From: an uncultured Solirubrobacterales bacterium | GTDB taxonomy: Bacteria > Actinomycetota > Thermoleophilia > Solirubrobacterales > Solirubrobacteraceae | Assembly: GCA_963844585.1 (NCBI GenBank) | Contig: CAWJOV010000001.1 | Span: 40,312-104,311, forward strand | Length of the DNA stretch: 64,000 nucleotides | Direction: 5' to 3' | Shown here: positions 20,428 to 29,721 of the stretch, one piece after another | Numbering within the stretch: the first letter of the stretch is position 1 | Layout of the letters: each line of letters begins with the position of its first letter | The notes under the pieces: generated by a model | Told to the model about the DNA's origin: nothing | What the model saw: only the letters and a program-made list of their open reading frames with translations | Databases searched by the model: none | Translations under genes and position numbers: made by a program

Positions 20428-21252
20428 TCAAGCCCCGCCCGCGGCCCGCGTGGCTTCTCGGGCGCGGCGGTACTCGTTGACCACGATCTCGGTCAGCTCC
20501 TCCACGGAGGTCTCCGCCGTCGGCTTGTCGAGCGCGATCGCGCCGTCCTGGATCAAGCTCACGCGGTCGCATGCTTCGAACACATGCACGTAGTTGTGGA
20601 GGATCATGATCACCGAGACCTTGCCGTCCGCCTTCAGGCGCGCGACCAGGTCGAGGATCTGCGCGCCCTCTTTGGCGCCCATCGCCGCAAGCGGCTCGTC
20701 CAGGAGGATGATGTCCGCGTCGGAGTTGACCGTGCGCGCGACCGCGATCGCCTGGCGCTGGCCACCGGAGAGACGCGCCACGGAGACGTCGATGCGCGGG
20801 ATGTTGATGCCGATCTCATCCAGCGCGGCGCGGGCTTCGCGCTTCATCTCGCGGTTGGCCAGGAACGGGATCGGACGGTGCACCTTCTCGCGGCGCAGCG
20901 CCAGGTTGTGGTAGACCGACAGTTCGTCGATCAACGCGAGGTCCTGGTAGACGGTGTCGATGCCTTTTGCGCGCGCGTCGTCAACGCTTTTGGGCCGATA
21001 GGGCTCTCCGTGCAGGAACATCTGCCCCGTATCCTGCTTCTGAAAGCCGCAGAGGATCTTGATCAGCGTCAACTTGCCGGCGCCGTTGTCTCCGAGCAGC
21101 CCCAGCACCTCACCCTTGCGCAGGTGCAGGTTGACGTCGCGCAGGGCCGTCACCGGCCCGAAGCGCTTGGCGATGTGCTCGACGCGCAGCACGTCGTCTG
21201 GAGCCGACACCGGCCCGACGATCGTCTCCACCGGTATGGGCTGATCAGCCAC
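20428..21252 (-). CDS. sugar ABC transporter ATP-binding protein (single-cassette)
   Basis: Walker A GDNGAGKLT, signature LSGGQRQAIAVAR, Walker B IILLDEPLAAM. Overlaps the permease gene by 8 nt. Confidence 0.9.
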   Translation of the reverse strand: MADQPIPVETIVGPVSAPDDVLRVEHIAKRFGPVTALRDVNLHLRKGEVLGLLGDNGAGKLTLIKILCGFQKQDTGQMFLHGEPYRPKSVDDARAKGIDTVYQDLALIDELSVYHNLALRREKVHRPIPFLANREMKREARAALDEIGINIPRIDVSVARLSGGQRQAIAVARTVNSDADIILLDEPLAAMGAKEGAQILDLVARLKADGKVSVIMILHNYVHVFEACDRVSLIQDGAIALDKPTAETSVEELTEIVVNEYRRAREATRAAGGA

Positions 21253-22411
21253 TTCGGGAACCCCTGCGCACGCGCTGCACGTACACGTTGACGGTCATCG
21301 CCAGGATGATCGCCAGGCCCAGGTAGAAGAGCTGGTAGTCGGCGTTGACGCCCTTGAGGATCAGCCCGTTGTTGAGGACCCCCAGGAACAGGGCGCCGAT
21401 CAGCGCGCCCACGACAGTCCCCGACCCGCCGGCGAGCAGCGTGCCGCCGATCACCGCCGCCGAGATCCCCTTGAACAGGATTTCGTTGGCCCCGGCGACG
21501 TCCGGCTGCAGCGACGAGGCCCGCACGGCCTCGAGGATCCCCGCGAAGCCGCCGGCGGCGGCGCAGAGGATGAAGTTGCGGATGATCACCAGGCGCACCC
21601 GCACGCCGGCCTCGGAGGCGGCCAGCTTGTTCGAGCCGACGGCCACCGTGTACAGGCCCCAGCGGGTGAACGTCAGCACGATCTGCCCAACGATCACGAT
21701 CGCGAGCGCCCAGAACAGCTCCGAGTAGGTGCCCTCGCCGAGGACTTTCGCGAACGTGGAGACGTGGTTGACCGTTTCGGTGAGCACGATGTGCGCTCCG
21801 TTGATCACGTGGTGGACGCTGACGGTGGTGCTCGTCACCTTTGCGCCCGGCAGTTCGACTGGCACGCCGTGGGAGACGATCAGCGTCAGCCCCTCGATCG
21901 TGAACAGCATCCCGAGCGTGGTGACGAACGAGCTGATGCCGACGATCGCCGTGAAGAAGCCGTTGACCAGGCCGATCGCCATGCAGCCGGCCAGCGCGAT
22001 CAGCACGCTCGGCACATACGGAATCCCGGCCACCGCCAGCTTGTAGTAGAGCAGCGGCGCGAACAGGTAGGTCGCCCCGATCGACAGGTCGATCTCGCCG
22101 AGGATCATCACGAACACCTCGCCCGCGCCGAGGATCGCGAACGGGGCGAAGAACGGCAGCAGCGTCTTGAAGCTGGAGCTGGTGAGGAAGGTGCTGGTCG
22201 TCAGCGCGAAGTAGATCGCCGTCAGCAGCGTGACGACGATGATGCTGCCCTCGCGCAGGGAGATCATGCGCTCCAGCAGCGCCTGTTTGGAGGGCAGGGA
22301 GACCCGGCGCGTGGGCTCCCCGCCCGGGTGCGTCGCGGGCGGGCGCGGCTCGCCGGGAGGGTCCGGCGCCGAAGCCGGTGCCGAACCCCCATCATGTGAG
22401 CCGCTGTCCAC
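21245..22411 (-). CDS. sugar ABC transporter permease (ribose/fructose class)
   Basis: Multi-TM protein with a Pro-rich N-terminal extension. Lies between the binding-protein and ATPase genes. Confidence 0.85.
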   Translation of the reverse strand: MDSGSHDGGSAPASAPDPPGEPRPPATHPGGEPTRRVSLPSKQALLERMISLREGSIIVVTLLTAIYFALTTSTFLTSSSFKTLLPFFAPFAILGAGEVFVMILGEIDLSIGATYLFAPLLYYKLAVAGIPYVPSVLIALAGCMAIGLVNGFFTAIVGISSFVTTLGMLFTIEGLTLIVSHGVPVELPGAKVTSTTVSVHHVINGAHIVLTETVNHVSTFAKVLGEGTYSELFWALAIVIVGQIVLTFTRWGLYTVAVGSNKLAASEAGVRVRLVIIRNFILCAAAGGFAGILEAVRASSLQPDVAGANEILFKGISAAVIGGTLLAGGSGTVVGALIGALFLGVLNNGLILKGVNADYQLFYLGLAIILAMTVNVYVQRVRRGSRSG

Positions 22412-22425
22412 GGCCGTTTACTCCC

Positions 22426-23583
22426 CTAAGCTGCGGTACCCGCTGGGATCGGGACCACCTTCGGTTCCGAGGAGGTGCCCTCGAAGCGGCTCTTGGAGTT
22501 GACGTAGGGAGTGACGGTTTCTTTGTCGATGAATTTCAGGCCCGTGTCAACTTCCGCCGGACCCGTCAGGGACCCGGAGACCTGCCACAGGAACAGTTGC
22601 AGGGCCGGCAGGAACCCCTGCAGGTAGGGCTGCTGATCGATCGTGAATTCGATGAAGCCTTCGTGGAGCAGTTTCTGGGTTTTTTCGGTCAAATCGAAGC
22701 CGCCGGCGTGGACGCCTTTGGAGGTGAGCCCGAGCTTCTGCATCACGCCGGCGAGTTCCGCGGTGTCGCCGCCGTCAACGGCGTACATCCCCTTCGTGGT
22801 GGGATGGCTGGTCCAGTAGGCTTCGATCGCCGATTTCTCGCCCGATTCCAGGGAGCCGGTCACGATCGTGGCCACTTTGATCGGCGCGCCCGAGTCCTTG
22901 ATCGCTTTTTCAGCTCCTTCGAGGCGCGGCTGCAGGTTGGCCGAGCCCGCATTGGCGGTGAAGATGACAACGTCGCCTTCTTTGACCGCGGCGACGATCC
23001 GCTTGCCCATCAGTTCGCCCGCCAGTTTCAGGTCCTGGCCGATGTAGGCCAGGCGCTTGTTGGGGGGCGAAGGGGCGTCGGCGTTGTAGGCGACGACCGG
23101 GATGCCCGCCTTCAGCGCGTTTTCGATCGGCACGTTGAACGCCGTCTTGCTGATCAGCGACACCGCGATCCCCTTGGCCCCAGATGAGACGGCGGTGTTG
23201 ATGGCGTTGACCATCTGGTTGATGTTTTCGCTTTCAGAACCCGTCCACTCGTAGCTTGAGCCCAGCAGTTTGCACGCGTCGGCGATCCCGTACTGGGTGG
23301 GCGTGAAGAACGAGTTGGTGGTTACGTGGTTGACGAACACGAATTTGTATTCGGGGTGCGAACCGAAGATCGAGGCGGAGTTGCCGCCAGAAGAGCTGGC
23401 GCTCGAGCCGCACGCCTCCAGCAGCGCGCTCACCGAGCCCACCGCCGCGCCGGTCAGCGCGGTGCGGCGCAGAAACGAGCGCCGGTCGAATCCCGGGGCC
23501 AGCCCGGTGGAATCGGATCCCACCCGCCCCTCGGAGTGCTCCAGGCGCTCAACCGTGTCGAGCACCAGATCGCTGTCGGACAT
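22426..23583 (-). CDS. sugar ABC transporter substrate-binding protein (Tat signal)
   Basis: Start set at the second ATG after GAAGGAGGAGG. Twin-arginine signal DRRSFLRRTALTGAAVG and a periplasmic-binding-protein fold pattern. Confidence 0.8.
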   Translation of the reverse strand: MSDSDLVLDTVERLEHSEGRVGSDSTGLAPGFDRRSFLRRTALTGAAVGSVSALLEACGSSASSSGGNSASIFGSHPEYKFVFVNHVTTNSFFTPTQYGIADACKLLGSSYEWTGSESENINQMVNAINTAVSSGAKGIAVSLISKTAFNVPIENALKAGIPVVAYNADAPSPPNKRLAYIGQDLKLAGELMGKRIVAAVKEGDVVIFTANAGSANLQPRLEGAEKAIKDSGAPIKVATIVTGSLESGEKSAIEAYWTSHPTTKGMYAVDGGDTAELAGVMQKLGLTSKGVHAGGFDLTEKTQKLLHEGFIEFTIDQQPYLQGFLPALQLFLWQVSGSLTGPAEVDTGLKFIDKETVTPYVNSKSRFEGTSSEPKVVPIPAGTAA

Positions 23584-23977
23584 CCTCATCCTCCTCCTTC
23601 GCTGAAACGGGGCATCAAACGGAAATGGAGAGCATCCACTTCTATGTTTCCCTTGTCGGGCATTTGCTACTCGCGAATTTTTTTCAATCCGCCGACTGCG
23701 GGCCCCTGCCCGGAGCAGGCGGATCCTCGCCATTGGAGCTACGGGTTTACAAGGATGATTTGATCGCGCACGGGGGTGAGCGCGCATCGCCCGTCGAGGA
23801 TTGTCCCGATGGTCTAACCGTGGGCGCCGGGAGGCATCGTCGGCCGGCGGCGCCGGAGGGGGCGACGGCTAGCGCGCGGGCGCCGGGCGCCGGAGGGAGC
23901 ATCTGCGCTATCGCTCGGGCCCGGGAGCCGGGGGAGCGACTGCCATAGTCGGTGTGCCGCCGGTATGCTCCCTCGCG

Positions 23978-24856
23978 ATGCCCGACGCGGTGAGAACACC
24001 CGACGAGCGCTTGGAGGGCCTGCCGGACTTCCCCTTCGAGGCGCACTACCGTGAAGTGGACGGGCTGCGCCTCGCGCATCTCGACGAGGGCGAGGGCAGG
24101 CCGGTGATCTTCATGCACGGCGAGCCCACGTGGTCGTTTCTGTGGCGCAAGGTGATCCCGCCGGTGAGGGACGCCGGCTTTCGCTGCATCGCCCCCGACT
24201 ACGCCGGGTTTGGGCGCTCCGACAAGCCCACCGACATCGGCTGGTATTCCTACGACCGCCACGTGGAGCTGGCGGCGAAGCTGCTCGAGGAACTCGACGT
24301 GCGCGGGGCGACGATGGTGGTGCACGACTGGGGTGGGCCGATCGGGCTGCGCATCGCGGTGGAGCACGCCGAGCGGATCGACCGCCTGGTGATCACCGAC
24401 AGCGGCATCTTCACCGGCAACCAGACGATGACTGATGCGTGGTTGGCGTTCCGCGACTTCACCGCGCGCACCGAGGATCTGCCGGTGGGGATGCTGGTGA
24501 GGGGCGCCTGCAAGAACGACCCCGGCGAGGAGGTGATCGCCGCCTACGAGGCGCCCTACCCGAACGCCGCCTCGAAGGCCGGCGCGCGCGCCTTCCCCGC
24601 GCTGATCCCGTTCGCGCCGGACGCCCCGGGCGCCAAGGAGGGGCGCGACACGCTGCACGCGCTGCGCGAGGACACCCGCCCGACGCTGATCTTGTGGGGC
24701 GACTCCGACCCGGTGCTGCCGATGGGGGTGGCGGAGAAATTCGCGGGTGCGATCGGCGAGCCGCCCCCACGCGCGATCGAGGACGCGGGCCACTTCTTGC
24801 AGGAGGACAAAGGCCCGGAGATCGGCGCGATCATCGCCGAGTGGCTTACGAGTTGA
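23978..24856 (+). CDS. haloalkane dehalogenase (DhlA/DhmA-like alpha/beta hydrolase)
   Basis: Colinear with DhlA by eye: RTPDERLEGLPDFPF, HGEPTWSFLWRK, nucleophile elbow VHDWGG, C-terminal DAGHFLQED. Confidence 0.8.
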   Translation: MPDAVRTPDERLEGLPDFPFEAHYREVDGLRLAHLDEGEGRPVIFMHGEPTWSFLWRKVIPPVRDAGFRCIAPDYAGFGRSDKPTDIGWYSYDRHVELAAKLLEELDVRGATMVVHDWGGPIGLRIAVEHAERIDRLVITDSGIFTGNQTMTDAWLAFRDFTARTEDLPVGMLVRGACKNDPGEEVIAAYEAPYPNAASKAGARAFPALIPFAPDAPGAKEGRDTLHALREDTRPTLILWGDSDPVLPMGVAEKFAGAIGEPPPRAIEDAGHFLQEDKGPEIGAIIAEWLTS

Positions 24857-24887
24857 GACCTACTGAGGCGGCGCCCGCGGGGCGTTC

Positions 24888-25787
24888 TCAGCCCGAGGTT
24901 TGCTCGCCGATCTGGGCCTGCTCCGGCGCGGCCGCCAGCGCCGGCTCGGACCGCGCGGCGCGCAGCTCGTAGTCGCGACGCGCATCGACATCGGCGTCGG
25001 CGACCACGCGATCGACTCCCATCAGGTGGCCCACGCCCTCGGCGACCGAGCGCGGCAGCAGCGTGCCGAGCCGGTAGCTGCGCTTGGTCGATTTGGGCAC
25101 CCACACTTCGACCGTGCCGTGCTGGAGCGCCTCGACGATCGCGTCGGCGACTTCGGAGGGCTCGACGTTGGAGAAGCCGCGGGCGTGCCCCAACCCGCCG
25201 CCCAGCTCGGTGTTGACGATGTAGGGCATCACGTAGCTCAGATCGATGTGCGCTCCCATCAGGCGCAGCTCGCCGCGGACCGACTCGGTGAGGCCGACGA
25301 CGGCGTGCTTGGTGGCCGAGTAGGTGGCGATGCCGGCGGTGCCGAACTTGCCTGCCTGCGAAGCGATGTTGACGATGTGCCCGCGATCGCGCGGGATCAT
25401 CCGGGCGAGCCCCAGCTTCATCCCCAGAATTACCCCGTGCAGGTTGATGTCAACGGTGCGCCGCGCGGAGAGGTCGTCCTCGTCGAGGAACCGCCCGACG
25501 GGCATGATCCCCGCGTTGTTGACCAAGACGTCGAGCGGTCCCAGCTGCTCTTCGGCGGCGTCGAGGAAGTGGGCGAAGGAGTCGCGGTCGGTGACGTCCA
25601 GCGGCAGCGCGACCGTGCGCGGCCCGAGCTCCGCGGCTGTTTGCTCGGCGGTGGCGAGGTCGACATCGCCGATCGCCACTCGCATCCCGGCCGCGAGGAA
25701 TGCCTGCGCGGTCGCGCGGCCGATGCCGCGCGCGGCGCCTGTGATCGCGGCGCTCCGACCGGCGATGAGGCGGGGAGGCTTGGCCAT
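24888..25787 (-). CDS. SDR-family oxidoreductase
   Basis: TGAARGIG cofactor motif, NNAGI, and catalytic YSATKHAV. Confidence 0.8.
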   Translation of the reverse strand: MAKPPRLIAGRSAAITGAARGIGRATAQAFLAAGMRVAIGDVDLATAEQTAAELGPRTVALPLDVTDRDSFAHFLDAAEEQLGPLDVLVNNAGIMPVGRFLDEDDLSARRTVDINLHGVILGMKLGLARMIPRDRGHIVNIASQAGKFGTAGIATYSATKHAVVGLTESVRGELRLMGAHIDLSYVMPYIVNTELGGGLGHARGFSNVEPSEVADAIVEALQHGTVEVWVPKSTKRSYRLGTLLPRSVAEGVGHLMGVDRVVADADVDARRDYELRAARSEPALAAAPEQAQIGEQTSG

Positions 25788-25968
25788 CGCTGCAATGTAT
25801 CAGCGCACCTTTCGCGCGGCAGGCGGGTTTGAACTAGCGGACGACCCACCGGGAACTTGGGAGTGAAACACCCGGTGGGGCGCCAGAGGAGAGGGGCACG
25901 CACTGCTCGGGCGATCCACGGCGTCGCCCGAGCGTGTGCAGCGGACCGGTGCTCGATAACCTGAGGGG

Positions 25969-26895
25969 ATGGCGCACTTCATGTACGAGGGGCAGCGGAT
26001 CGCTTACACCGAATACCCCCCGGGGGTGGCCGCCGTCACGCCGATCAGAAGCGCCACGCGAAAACGCGCTACTCGTGCCGCCAAGCGGCCTGCGGCGCAC
26101 GAACGCACGCTGATCCTCGTGCACGGGTTGCTGCTGGCGCAGACGATGCACGTGCCGCTCGCGCGCGCGCTCGCAGCGCGCGGCAACCGTGTGGTGACGA
26201 TCGATCTGCTGGGCCACGGCGAATCGGACCGCCCGCGGGATATGTGGCGTTACTCGATGCGCTTCTTCGCCGACCAGGTGGTGGCGCTGATGGATCACTT
26301 GGAGGTCGAGCGCGCGGTGGTGATGGGCACCTCGCTGGGGGCCAACACGGCGCTGGGGATCGCCCTGGAAGAGCCGCAGCGCCTGCAGGGGATGGTGATC
26401 GAGATGCCGGTGCTCGACAACGCGCTGCTGTCGAGCGCGCTCGCCTTCACGCCGGTCCTGGTGGCACTGACGTTCGGGGAGCCGGTGATGAAGTTGGTGG
26501 CGCGCGGCGCGCGAGCGGTCCCGCGGCGGCTGCTGCCCCACTACGGCAACGTGCTGCTCGACACCGTCCGCCAGGAACCGGGACCGGGTGCGGCGGTACT
26601 GCAGGGCCTCTTCTTCGGCCGCGTGGCGCCGCATCGCAACGAGCGGCGCAAGTTCCAGACGCCGGCGCTGGTGATCGGCCACCGGCGAGACCCCGTGCAC
26701 CCTTTCTCCGACGCGGGAATGCTGGCCGAGGAGCTGCCCAACGCCCGCCTGCTGGAGGCCGACTCGCTGGTGGAGTTGCGCCTCAGCCCGGAGCGGCTGA
26801 CGGGAGAGATCGCGGGCTTCCTCGACGAGGTGTGGGAGGGCAAGGCTCAGGCCAAGTCCACGGCTGGCCGATCACGAGGCAAGACCTCGGCGTAG
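25969..26895 (+). CDS. alpha/beta-hydrolase-fold protein
   Basis: LILVHGLL oxyanion region, nucleophile elbow MGTSLGA, C-terminal His region. Confidence 0.7.
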   Translation: MAHFMYEGQRIAYTEYPPGVAAVTPIRSATRKRATRAAKRPAAHERTLILVHGLLLAQTMHVPLARALAARGNRVVTIDLLGHGESDRPRDMWRYSMRFFADQVVALMDHLEVERAVVMGTSLGANTALGIALEEPQRLQGMVIEMPVLDNALLSSALAFTPVLVALTFGEPVMKLVARGARAVPRRLLPHYGNVLLDTVRQEPGPGAAVLQGLFFGRVAPHRNERRKFQTPALVIGHRRDPVHPFSDAGMLAEELPNARLLEADSLVELRLSPERLTGEIAGFLDEVWEGKAQAKSTAGRSRGKTSA

Positions 26896-26897
26896 CC

Positions 26898-27923
26898 TCA
26901 GGGGGAGGACGGGTAGAGCGCCACTTCGCTGAGCGCCACATGGCCGGGCGTCGTGGGGGTGCCCTGCGCGGAGGCGGGCGCCTTGACCAGCCATACGAGC
27001 ACCCAGCGGAAGGAGCGGCGTTCGGTGCGAAGCTTCTTCAGGTGGGTGACTTTCTTCTTCAGCTTGTGTGAGCCGCTGAGCAGCACCCAACCCGGTTCGG
27101 TGATGGTGGTGGGCGCCTTGGCCCCGTTGGCTCCATAGACCTGAACGGTCATCCCGGGAGTCGGGGTGCGCAGTTCGAGGCTGCCGAGCGTGGTGGGTTC
27201 GCGCAGATCGATCAGCAGGCCCTCCGCCATGTTGGGGAAGGAGTGCGGCTGGACCTGGGCCGTCCACGCGGTGGAGGGTTCCCCGTCGATCGCCAGCGCG
27301 GGATCGCCGAAGCTCGATTCGGGATAGCTGTAGGGGTTGTAGGTGGTGGCAGCGTTGGTGTCCAGCAGGATCGGGCTGGGCGGTTCGCTCGATTTCGATT
27401 CGGTCGTCGAGGTGCCCGTTTCGGTGGTGGTGGCTTTCGACGGCGTCGTCGTGGAGCCACTACCGGAGCCACTCGATCCTGACGGGTTCGATTCGTCGCT
27501 CGCTTTGGGGGTGGGTGTGGGCGCCGTGACCTTCGGCGGTTTGGTGGTGGAGGAGGGTGGGAACAGCAGGTTGCCCTTGGAGGAGCTGTGAGGGGTACCC
27601 GCGCCGCCGGTGCCGCTGGGTGTGGTGGGCGTCGTCGCCGCGGGCGCGGGAGTGGTAGGCAGGGGTGTGGTGGGTGTGGTGGCGGGCACGAGCGCCACCG
27701 TGTGGGAGCTCGGTGCGTTGTGTTCTTTGACGGCGGCCGCCACCGCCACCGCGGCGCCGAATGCGAGGATCGCGGCGGTGAGCGCCAGCACCTTCAGCGG
27801 GCCCAGGTTGGGTCGCTCGCCGAGGCTGCCAGGCTCGCAGGCACCGCAGTTGAGGCACCACTGCTGGTCGTCTTGAAGAGGAGTGCCGCAGTGCGGACAC
27901 TCGTGCTCTTGTGAAGGACTCAC
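26898..27923 (-). CDS. zinc-ribbon / single-TM / Pro-Thr-rich protein with discoidin-like C-terminal domain
   Basis: N-terminal CPHCG...CLNCG ribbon, one TM, a long P/T/S linker, and a C-terminal DPALAIDGEPSTAWTAQ pattern typical of F5/8 type C carbohydrate-binding domains. Confidence 0.55.
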   Translation of the reverse strand: MSPSQEHECPHCGTPLQDDQQWCLNCGACEPGSLGERPNLGPLKVLALTAAILAFGAAVAVAAAVKEHNAPSSHTVALVPATTPTTPLPTTPAPAATTPTTPSGTGGAGTPHSSSKGNLLFPPSSTTKPPKVTAPTPTPKASDESNPSGSSGSGSGSTTTPSKATTTETGTSTTESKSSEPPSPILLDTNAATTYNPYSYPESSFGDPALAIDGEPSTAWTAQVQPHSFPNMAEGLLIDLREPTTLGSLELRTPTPGMTVQVYGANGAKAPTTITEPGWVLLSGSHKLKKKVTHLKKLRTERRSFRWVLVWLVKAPASAQGTPTTPGHVALSEVALYPSSP

Positions 27924-27935
27924 TGCGAACCGATT

Positions 27936-28979
27936 CTATCCGCGCCCCCTGGAACGCGGCGCCGGTGGGCCCCCGGGGACGATCTCCCGGCCGCTGGGCC
28001 GCAGGTCCTCGTCCAGCTCGAGCTGCCAGTAGTAGCGGGTGAACGTGCGCCCCTCCCGGAACTCGCCGACGTGCGGCGGGATCGTCTCGCCGGCGGCCAT
28101 GCGCACGATCAGCTCGGGGTAGGTGCGTCCGGGCAGCGCGGCGTAGGCGGGGGCGGGGAAGGCGCCGCCGAAGCGAGTGTTGATGTCGGTGATCCCCAGC
28201 CCCACCTCGGGATCGCGGAAGACCTGGATCGTGGCGGGCCCCCGCACCGCGAGCGTCTCCATCGCGCACCGCCCCAGCTCGATCAGCTCGGGGTCGCGGA
28301 TCGCCGCGCCCTTGATCGACTCGCCGCCGCGGGACTCGAGCATCGTGCGCGGGATCGCGTTCAAGCAGCGTCCCTCCAGATCGCCGAGGCAGTCGATCGA
28401 AAGCTCTGGTCCCCCCATCGCGCGCTGCACCATCACCGGCTCGCCCTCATACCCAGGGCGCCCACCGGCGACGTAGCGCACGAAGAAGTCCTTCTCCGCG
28501 CGGTCGCGCGCCAGATGGATCGAGCGTGCCCCCGAGCCGCGGCGTGGCTTGACCATCACCGGGTAGGAGTTGGGCTCCTCCTCGGGGAGCACCGTCGGTG
28601 GCGATGGCAGCCCCAGCCGCGAGAGCAGCAGGTGGGCCTCGTACTTGTCGTAGGTCGCACGCGCCACCTCGGGTGAGGGCACGAGCGCGGGCAGGGTGGG
28701 CGGGATCCGATTCTCTCGCGCCAGCGCCAGCACCTCGATGTCGAGGTCGGTGAGCGGGATCACGGCGCCGACATCGTGACGCTCGCACAGCTCCTGGAGA
28801 AAGGGCACGTAGCCGGGGTCGGCGATCGGCGGCGGCGCGGCGCGCACCTGCGCTGCGTACTGCGCGGGCGCCAGCGGGTTGGGATCGACCGCGATCGTCG
28901 TGGTCAGCTGCGCGAAGCAGGCGACGATGTCATAGCGCTTGCCGACCCCGGTCAGCAGGATCGCCGGCGACTCAGCCAT
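27936..28979 (-). CDS. ATP-grasp domain protein
   Basis: Start at ATG 28979, which overlaps the upstream stop (ATGGCTGA). DKYEAHLLLSRLGLP...YPVMVKPRRGSGARSI...GPELSIDCL is an ATP-grasp core pattern. Confidence 0.7.
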   Translation of the reverse strand: MAESPAILLTGVGKRYDIVACFAQLTTTIAVDPNPLAPAQYAAQVRAAPPPIADPGYVPFLQELCERHDVGAVIPLTDLDIEVLALARENRIPPTLPALVPSPEVARATYDKYEAHLLLSRLGLPSPPTVLPEEEPNSYPVMVKPRRGSGARSIHLARDRAEKDFFVRYVAGGRPGYEGEPVMVQRAMGGPELSIDCLGDLEGRCLNAIPRTMLESRGGESIKGAAIRDPELIELGRCAMETLAVRGPATIQVFRDPEVGLGITDINTRFGGAFPAPAYAALPGRTYPELIVRMAAGETIPPHVGEFREGRTFTRYYWQLELDEDLRPSGREIVPGGPPAPRSRGRG

Positions 28980-29631
28980 CCAGGCCCCCCTTGCCGGTCG
29001 CGATGTCCGCCTCTGGTTGGCTCTGTCGCTCCGCCATCCCCAAATCCCCCTCCCACCCACCGGTGTTGCCCTTGTACAGGCCTTCGCCGCCGAGCACCAT
29101 CGCCGGGGTGCGCCACAGGATGCGCAGATCGAGCGCCAGCGAGCGGTGCTCGATGTAGTAGAGGTCGAGCTCGATCCGCTCGCTCCAAGGCAGCGAGGCG
29201 CGGCCGTTGACCTGCGCCCAGCCGGTGATCCCCGGTCGGATCGCCAGGCGCCCACGCTGGCGGGGGGTGTAGCGCTCGACCTGCACCGGCACGGTAGGGC
29301 GGGGGCCGATCAGCGACATCTCGCCGCGTAGGACGTTCAGCAGGTTGGGCAGCTCATCGAGCGAGGTGCGCCGCAGGAAGGCCCCCACGCGCGTGATGCG
29401 CGAGTCGTTCGCGTCCACCGCCAGCCCGGCGCCGACGTGCTCGGCACCGTCAACCATCGTGCGCAGCTTCAGCACGTCGAACGGCCGCCCGTCGCGCCCG
29501 ATGCGCCGCTGGCGGTAGAGCGCGGGGCCACGCGACTCCAGGCGGATCGCGGCCATCGCCGCCGCAACCACCGGCGCGCTCAGCACGAGCAGGGTAGCCG
29601 CCACCGCGATGTCCACCGCGCGGCGGATCAC
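28972..29631 (-). CDS. polyprenyl-phosphate sugar phosphotransferase (bacterial sugar transferase family)
   Basis: N-terminal TM followed by PALYRQRRIGRDGRPFDVLKLRTM...DELPNLLNVLRGEMSLIGPRP, the WbaP/EpsL C-terminal domain signature. Confidence 0.85.
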   Translation of the reverse strand: MIRRAVDIAVAATLLVLSAPVVAAAMAAIRLESRGPALYRQRRIGRDGRPFDVLKLRTMVDGAEHVGAGLAVDANDSRITRVGAFLRRTSLDELPNLLNVLRGEMSLIGPRPTVPVQVERYTPRQRGRLAIRPGITGWAQVNGRASLPWSERIELDLYYIEHRSLALDLRILWRTPAMVLGGEGLYKGNTGGWEGDLGMAERQSQPEADIATGKGGLDG

Positions 29632-29721
29632 GGGTCCCCCGCGATGTCTACGGCGCGGCGGATCACTTGGTCGCCCCCCGCGATGTCTACGGCGCGGCGG
29701 ATCACTTGGTCGCCCCCCGCG
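29609..29721 (-). repeat. triplicated gene-junction repeat (35+39+39 bp) with a 25-codon bridging ORF
   Basis: Plus-strand copies at 29609-29643, 29644-29682 and 29683-29721. On the minus strand each copy carries GTGATCCGCCGCGC(C/G)GT(A/G)GACATCGCG, which is the 5' end of the sugar transferase. Confidence 0.9.
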
